A program made the position numbers and the translations under genes. From IMG/VR virus record IMGVR_UViG_3300030019_000008: DNA of 64,000 bases. One strand, given 5' to 3'. Origin of the DNA: a virus. Below are positions 60,433 to 64,000 of this stretch, piece by piece (within the stretch, counting starts at the first letter, position 1; each line of letters opens with the position of its first letter). The notes beneath the pieces were generated by a model. That model saw only the letters and a list, made by a program, of their open reading frames with translations, was not told where the DNA came from and searched no databases.

Positions 60433-60640
60433 GGAATGCTCCAGGCGAAAATAAAGTGTTGATAGAGCAGAATCTTATGGTTTACACAAGATCCACCCCG
60501 GTTCCTTGAAGTGCTTGCTGTTTTTGAGCGATGTGACTGAGAAGTTCAAAGTGCATTCAATACAAGAGCTCCCAGCATCAAGTATTTTAATATTGAACTC
60601 ATATTTATTATCCCGAACTTCCCGTAAGGAAACAAGAAAA

Positions 60641-61612
60641 ATGAGTATCTTTCGTACGGCCTATGACACGACGGCATGCAAAGACTATGTTCTGACGAAG
60701 ATTCGTCATGGTATCGAAGAAATTATTGCTCGCAGCTACGTCGGACGTCTTGAGATTCCTGAACTGGATATCAGGTATTCGATTGATGGCCCTCTCGCTA
60801 TTGTCGCTGAAGACAGTGTGATGATGGTTCCGGCTTTCAGTTTTCCTATCGAGCGTCCTTTGTCGGCTATCGAAAAAAACAATGACAGGACGGATCACGT
60901 CTCCATCATTGTCGATCTGCGCGCATACACTCGCCAACCCAAAGATGGTTCGTGGGAGATGATCAAACGCATCTCCAACATGAGCGAATACATGCTGCAT
61001 GGTTCAGAAGCGGTGCTGACCTATTACTGGGTCAATAACGAACCCCAACATCTGCTCACCATCTCGAAGCTACCCATTGCAGTGTATGCTGACTGGATCA
61101 GTCAGTCGCTGCGCAACCGCTTCTCACTCGACCCGGCTGAACAGATGAAGCTCGCTGTTCTGTCTGCGTTCTTCTATCATTGCCTTTTTGTCAAAGAAGG
61201 AGTGATTGGAGAGCATGAGAAATACAAGCTCGCTGGTGGGATTGCTCGTTCCATCAATGTGGCAGCCGATGTTGTGGTTTCGATTCTCCAGAATGTGAAT
61301 CAGATCGACAATGTGGATCAGTTCTGCCAGTGTATCAAAGACGTACTCAATAACGTGCGTCTGACCGGTTTGAACAAGGGTGTGCTCTATGAAGTGATTG
61401 GACATAGCTGGTATGGTAACAGCCTGGAAGCCATGGCTGTTGCGCTGGAGCATCCTCCTACCTGGCTCGCTTACCTGCGTGCAGCCTGTACCGATCGCAG
61501 CTACAAGAACACTTTCATTCAGAAACTGCTCCAGCACAAGAAGACTGCTGACGTGGATCAGTTTGTGAAGGCCTTTCACAATATTCTTGTGATGTCATTT
61601 GGGGCTCACTAA
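60641..61612 (+). CDS. Virion structural protein (gp28-like)
   Basis: Start MSIFRTAYDTT; ALEHPPTW motif; divergent from the sheath gene. Confidence 0.7.
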   Translation: MSIFRTAYDTTACKDYVLTKIRHGIEEIIARSYVGRLEIPELDIRYSIDGPLAIVAEDSVMMVPAFSFPIERPLSAIEKNNDRTDHVSIIVDLRAYTRQPKDGSWEMIKRISNMSEYMLHGSEAVLTYYWVNNEPQHLLTISKLPIAVYADWISQSLRNRFSLDPAEQMKLAVLSAFFYHCLFVKEGVIGEHEKYKLAGGIARSINVAADVVVSILQNVNQIDNVDQFCQCIKDVLNNVRLTGLNKGVLYEVIGHSWYGNSLEAMAVALEHPPTWLAYLRAACTDRSYKNTFIQKLLQHKKTADVDQFVKAFHNILVMSFGAH

Positions 61613-64000
61613 TGGCCGAGAACTACCTGGTTGATCAGGCCGTGCGCAAAGTTTGGTGCACGCCTGATCAAGATAAGCAGGTGATATTCAAACCTGCGAG
61701 GATCTCACCGGCGGAAGGCACCAGGAACTATGTCCGTGTGATGTGGAGAAATGTTGATCTTCCCACATCGGAAATCTTCCATGTCTTTCAGATTGGACAG
61801 ATTTACTTCTCAGCACTGAACTTGCTACCCAAGTCCGAAGAATGGGTGTTGTTCAGCGATGCGTGTAATGCTGAGAAGTTGATCGTTGAGATCTACAATT
61901 CATCCGGTATCAGAATGCCTCTTCATCGGTGCTATTACAGAAAGACCGAAGACAGGGATCTGATCATTGCAGTGCCACATCTTCAATTGGTGCCGGCGCG
62001 GTTTGGTAAGGAGGATTTGTTTATCCACTTCTACTCGAATGCGTATTTTAATTCGGTTCGTGGAAGTGCGACCAATGACATCATCTATGTGGCTGGGGAT
62101 ACACCCACGACGATGGATGAGTTACTGGCGATGCAGCACATGGCGGCTAAGTACAGAGCCATGGAAGGAGCAGTGCTCACCTATGTGAACGGATATCTGA
62201 CATCAGGTATCGATCCCTTCACTGCTAAGGTAGGCGACGTGGTAGAGCTGATCTATGATAGTTCTATTGATCATGTGGTTGATGTACCTATCTCTGAGCT
62301 GCAAACATTCGTGAGTGAGATGGATAAGGAGCGCAAGTACCTCTTCCATCCTCCGATCATTGCGGGTGAAGAGAAAGTCATTCGGTACTTCGATGACAAC
62401 TCTCACTACATCTATCAAGCAGATGCTGCCGGTAGATTCAAGGGAGTCTACTACCACCTGAATCGTCCTGATGCTGTCCGGATGGCGACACATCGAGACT
62501 ACTCACTGCTGGTGAACAATGTGCTCACTCTGGGTAAGGTGATCGATTCGAACTCGAACATCCTGGACATGACTGCACGTATCTACATCAGGAAGTCCGG
62601 ATATGATCGGTCTCTGGTATATGAAGCGAGCAAGATCCACGAGCTCTACAAGTTGAGGGATAGTGACATTGTTCGGAGTCTGGTAGGAATAGACTCTGAC
62701 GTCAGTGTGTGGCAAGCCCCCAATCTGGAGCAGGCTGGCTATCCGGCAGTCATGGGAAGCACTACCCAAGAGCTGACGGTGTCTCTAGTGGAATCGATGT
62801 TTGGCTACAACGCCATCTCGAAGATGCTTGGAGAAACACCTCAGGCTGTCTACACCAAGAGCTCTCAGCAAGTCGCGGATGTGCCTTACGCACTGCAACA
62901 ACGAGCTGTAGGCTTTGAGTATGATTCTAACGGTGCCTTGATCGGTGCCTACCAGCATCTGCTCAATAATGTCTACATCTGTACAAATAGCTCAGCTTTC
63001 TTGGTAGAGCTGTTGGCAGGTACGTTGTCCAAGGGTTTCCATGAGATCTACGACGATAGCTTCACTGCGGATTCCACTCTGTCCTATCGTTATTACCTGC
63101 AAGAAATCTCGACGGGTAAGTGGACGGATGTGACGGGTGGTGCTCAATACACCATCGTCAATGGAACCTCTGTTTGGGGTGTGGATAAGAGCAAATTCGT
63201 GCCGATGGTTCGTAGCGACATGAATGTACTCTTCTACTCATTCGACAGGCTGGCTTTCAATGGCCCGATCGAGTTCAACCTCCAGCAGGTCAAGAGTATC
63301 AATGGAGTAGACACCAGTGTTGATATGCAGGTGCCATCCGGAGAGCTCGAGATCTGGATGAACGGCAAGCAACTCGCTGAGAACCTCGATTACTTCTTGG
63401 TATTCCCGAAGGTAGTCGTGACCAACAAGGCATTCTTGATTGATCCTCTCAATACCAAACAGCATTTCGATGTTCGTTGTAAGGGGTTCTGTAATCCGGA
63501 CTTCTCACACACCGTCGATGATGACACTGGATTCGTTCAGTATGGTCTGCTGTCGAGGAACAATAGGTTTGACTTGAGAGATGACCAAGTGCAGCACGTG
63601 GTAGTCAATGGTTGCTTCTACGCCAAGAATGAACTCCAGTACTTCGAGAACAGTTCGAATGTGTCTGTGGGTTCTGCGCTCGAGGGTAAGCCGTACTTCA
63701 TCCGGGATGTCGTGGTGCCTACCCGAGGACTGACAGTCTCGGATACTTATGCGCTCAAGAAGACTGCTGATGAGACCAATGCATCAGTGAGTGCGTACCT
63801 CACGAAGAAGCTGCCTGAAGTCAAACCGGAGAATCCTTCTCCCATTACGGAACGGTACTTTGTTTTCAGTCCGTTCTGCTGTCGCCTGATCTATGATCTG
63901 AAGAGTGAAGAGATTGCCAAAGCCACTATTCGTCAGCGCTACACCGACGATTTGCTGGCACAGATCTGTGCTCCGTACTTGTACTTGCTGGATTTTGATC
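61612..64000 (+). CDS. Large virion/baseplate protein (gp27-like), partial
   Basis: ATG overlaps the upstream TAA; MAENYLVDQAVRKVWCTPDQD...; appears open to the window end. Confidence 0.75.
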   Translation, partial: MAENYLVDQAVRKVWCTPDQDKQVIFKPARISPAEGTRNYVRVMWRNVDLPTSEIFHVFQIGQIYFSALNLLPKSEEWVLFSDACNAEKLIVEIYNSSGIRMPLHRCYYRKTEDRDLIIAVPHLQLVPARFGKEDLFIHFYSNAYFNSVRGSATNDIIYVAGDTPTTMDELLAMQHMAAKYRAMEGAVLTYVNGYLTSGIDPFTAKVGDVVELIYDSSIDHVVDVPISELQTFVSEMDKERKYLFHPPIIAGEEKVIRYFDDNSHYIYQADAAGRFKGVYYHLNRPDAVRMATHRDYSLLVNNVLTLGKVIDSNSNILDMTARIYIRKSGYDRSLVYEASKIHELYKLRDSDIVRSLVGIDSDVSVWQAPNLEQAGYPAVMGSTTQELTVSLVESMFGYNAISKMLGETPQAVYTKSSQQVADVPYALQQRAVGFEYDSNGALIGAYQHLLNNVYICTNSSAFLVELLAGTLSKGFHEIYDDSFTADSTLSYRYYLQEISTGKWTDVTGGAQYTIVNGTSVWGVDKSKFVPMVRSDMNVLFYSFDRLAFNGPIEFNLQQVKSINGVDTSVDMQVPSGELEIWMNGKQLAENLDYFLVFPKVVVTNKAFLIDPLNTKQHFDVRCKGFCNPDFSHTVDDDTGFVQYGLLSRNNRFDLRDDQVQHVVVNGCFYAKNELQYFENSSNVSVGSALEGKPYFIRDVVVPTRGLTVSDTYALKKTADETNASVSAYLTKKLPEVKPENPSPITERYFVFSPFCCRLIYDLKSEEIAKATIRQRYTDDLLAQICAPYLYLLDFD

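Noticed and set aside
60506-60640. N-terminal extension of the gp28-like ORF from TTG
   Set aside because: ATG 60641 has an AAGGA RBS; the upstream region looks like a divergent promoter region
1-64000. Stop-codon reassignment
   Set aside because: Core genes are full-length in the standard code; the breaks are explained by introns or a frameshift

Overview
A 64-kb segment of a nucleus-forming, phiKZ-like jumbo phage (Chimalliviridae-type). The conserved core block runs on the minus strand from right to left: tail sheath and tube, dCTP deaminase, PhuZ tubulin, family-B-like DNA polymerase, chimallin (ChmA), nvRNAP beta'-N, SbcD/Mre11 nuclease, ChmC-like, gp68 sigma-like subunit, PicA-like, nvRNAP beta and beta'-C, SF2 helicase. 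A ~17-kb accessory region (6.2-22.9 kb) and a virion RNAP beta' subunit follow. Main observations: (1) two group I introns, one ORF-less intron splitting the catalytic D|FDGD motif of beta'-N and one HNH-encoding intron in the gp74-like beta'-C gene, both with the same covariant P7 helix; (2) a probable programmed -1 frameshift (T TTT TTT, 5165-5171) fusing a 543-aa protein to a start-less downstream frame, in the style of gpG/gpGT; (3) four accessory proteins carrying nine putative winged-helix repeats, one ending in a DUF2325-like domain; (4) a repeated early-promoter-like motif and a repeated hairpin+TATGCC element. phiKZ gp numbers are assigned from remembered synteny and motifs, not from database searches. 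No tRNA, rRNA or CRISPR array was recognised.
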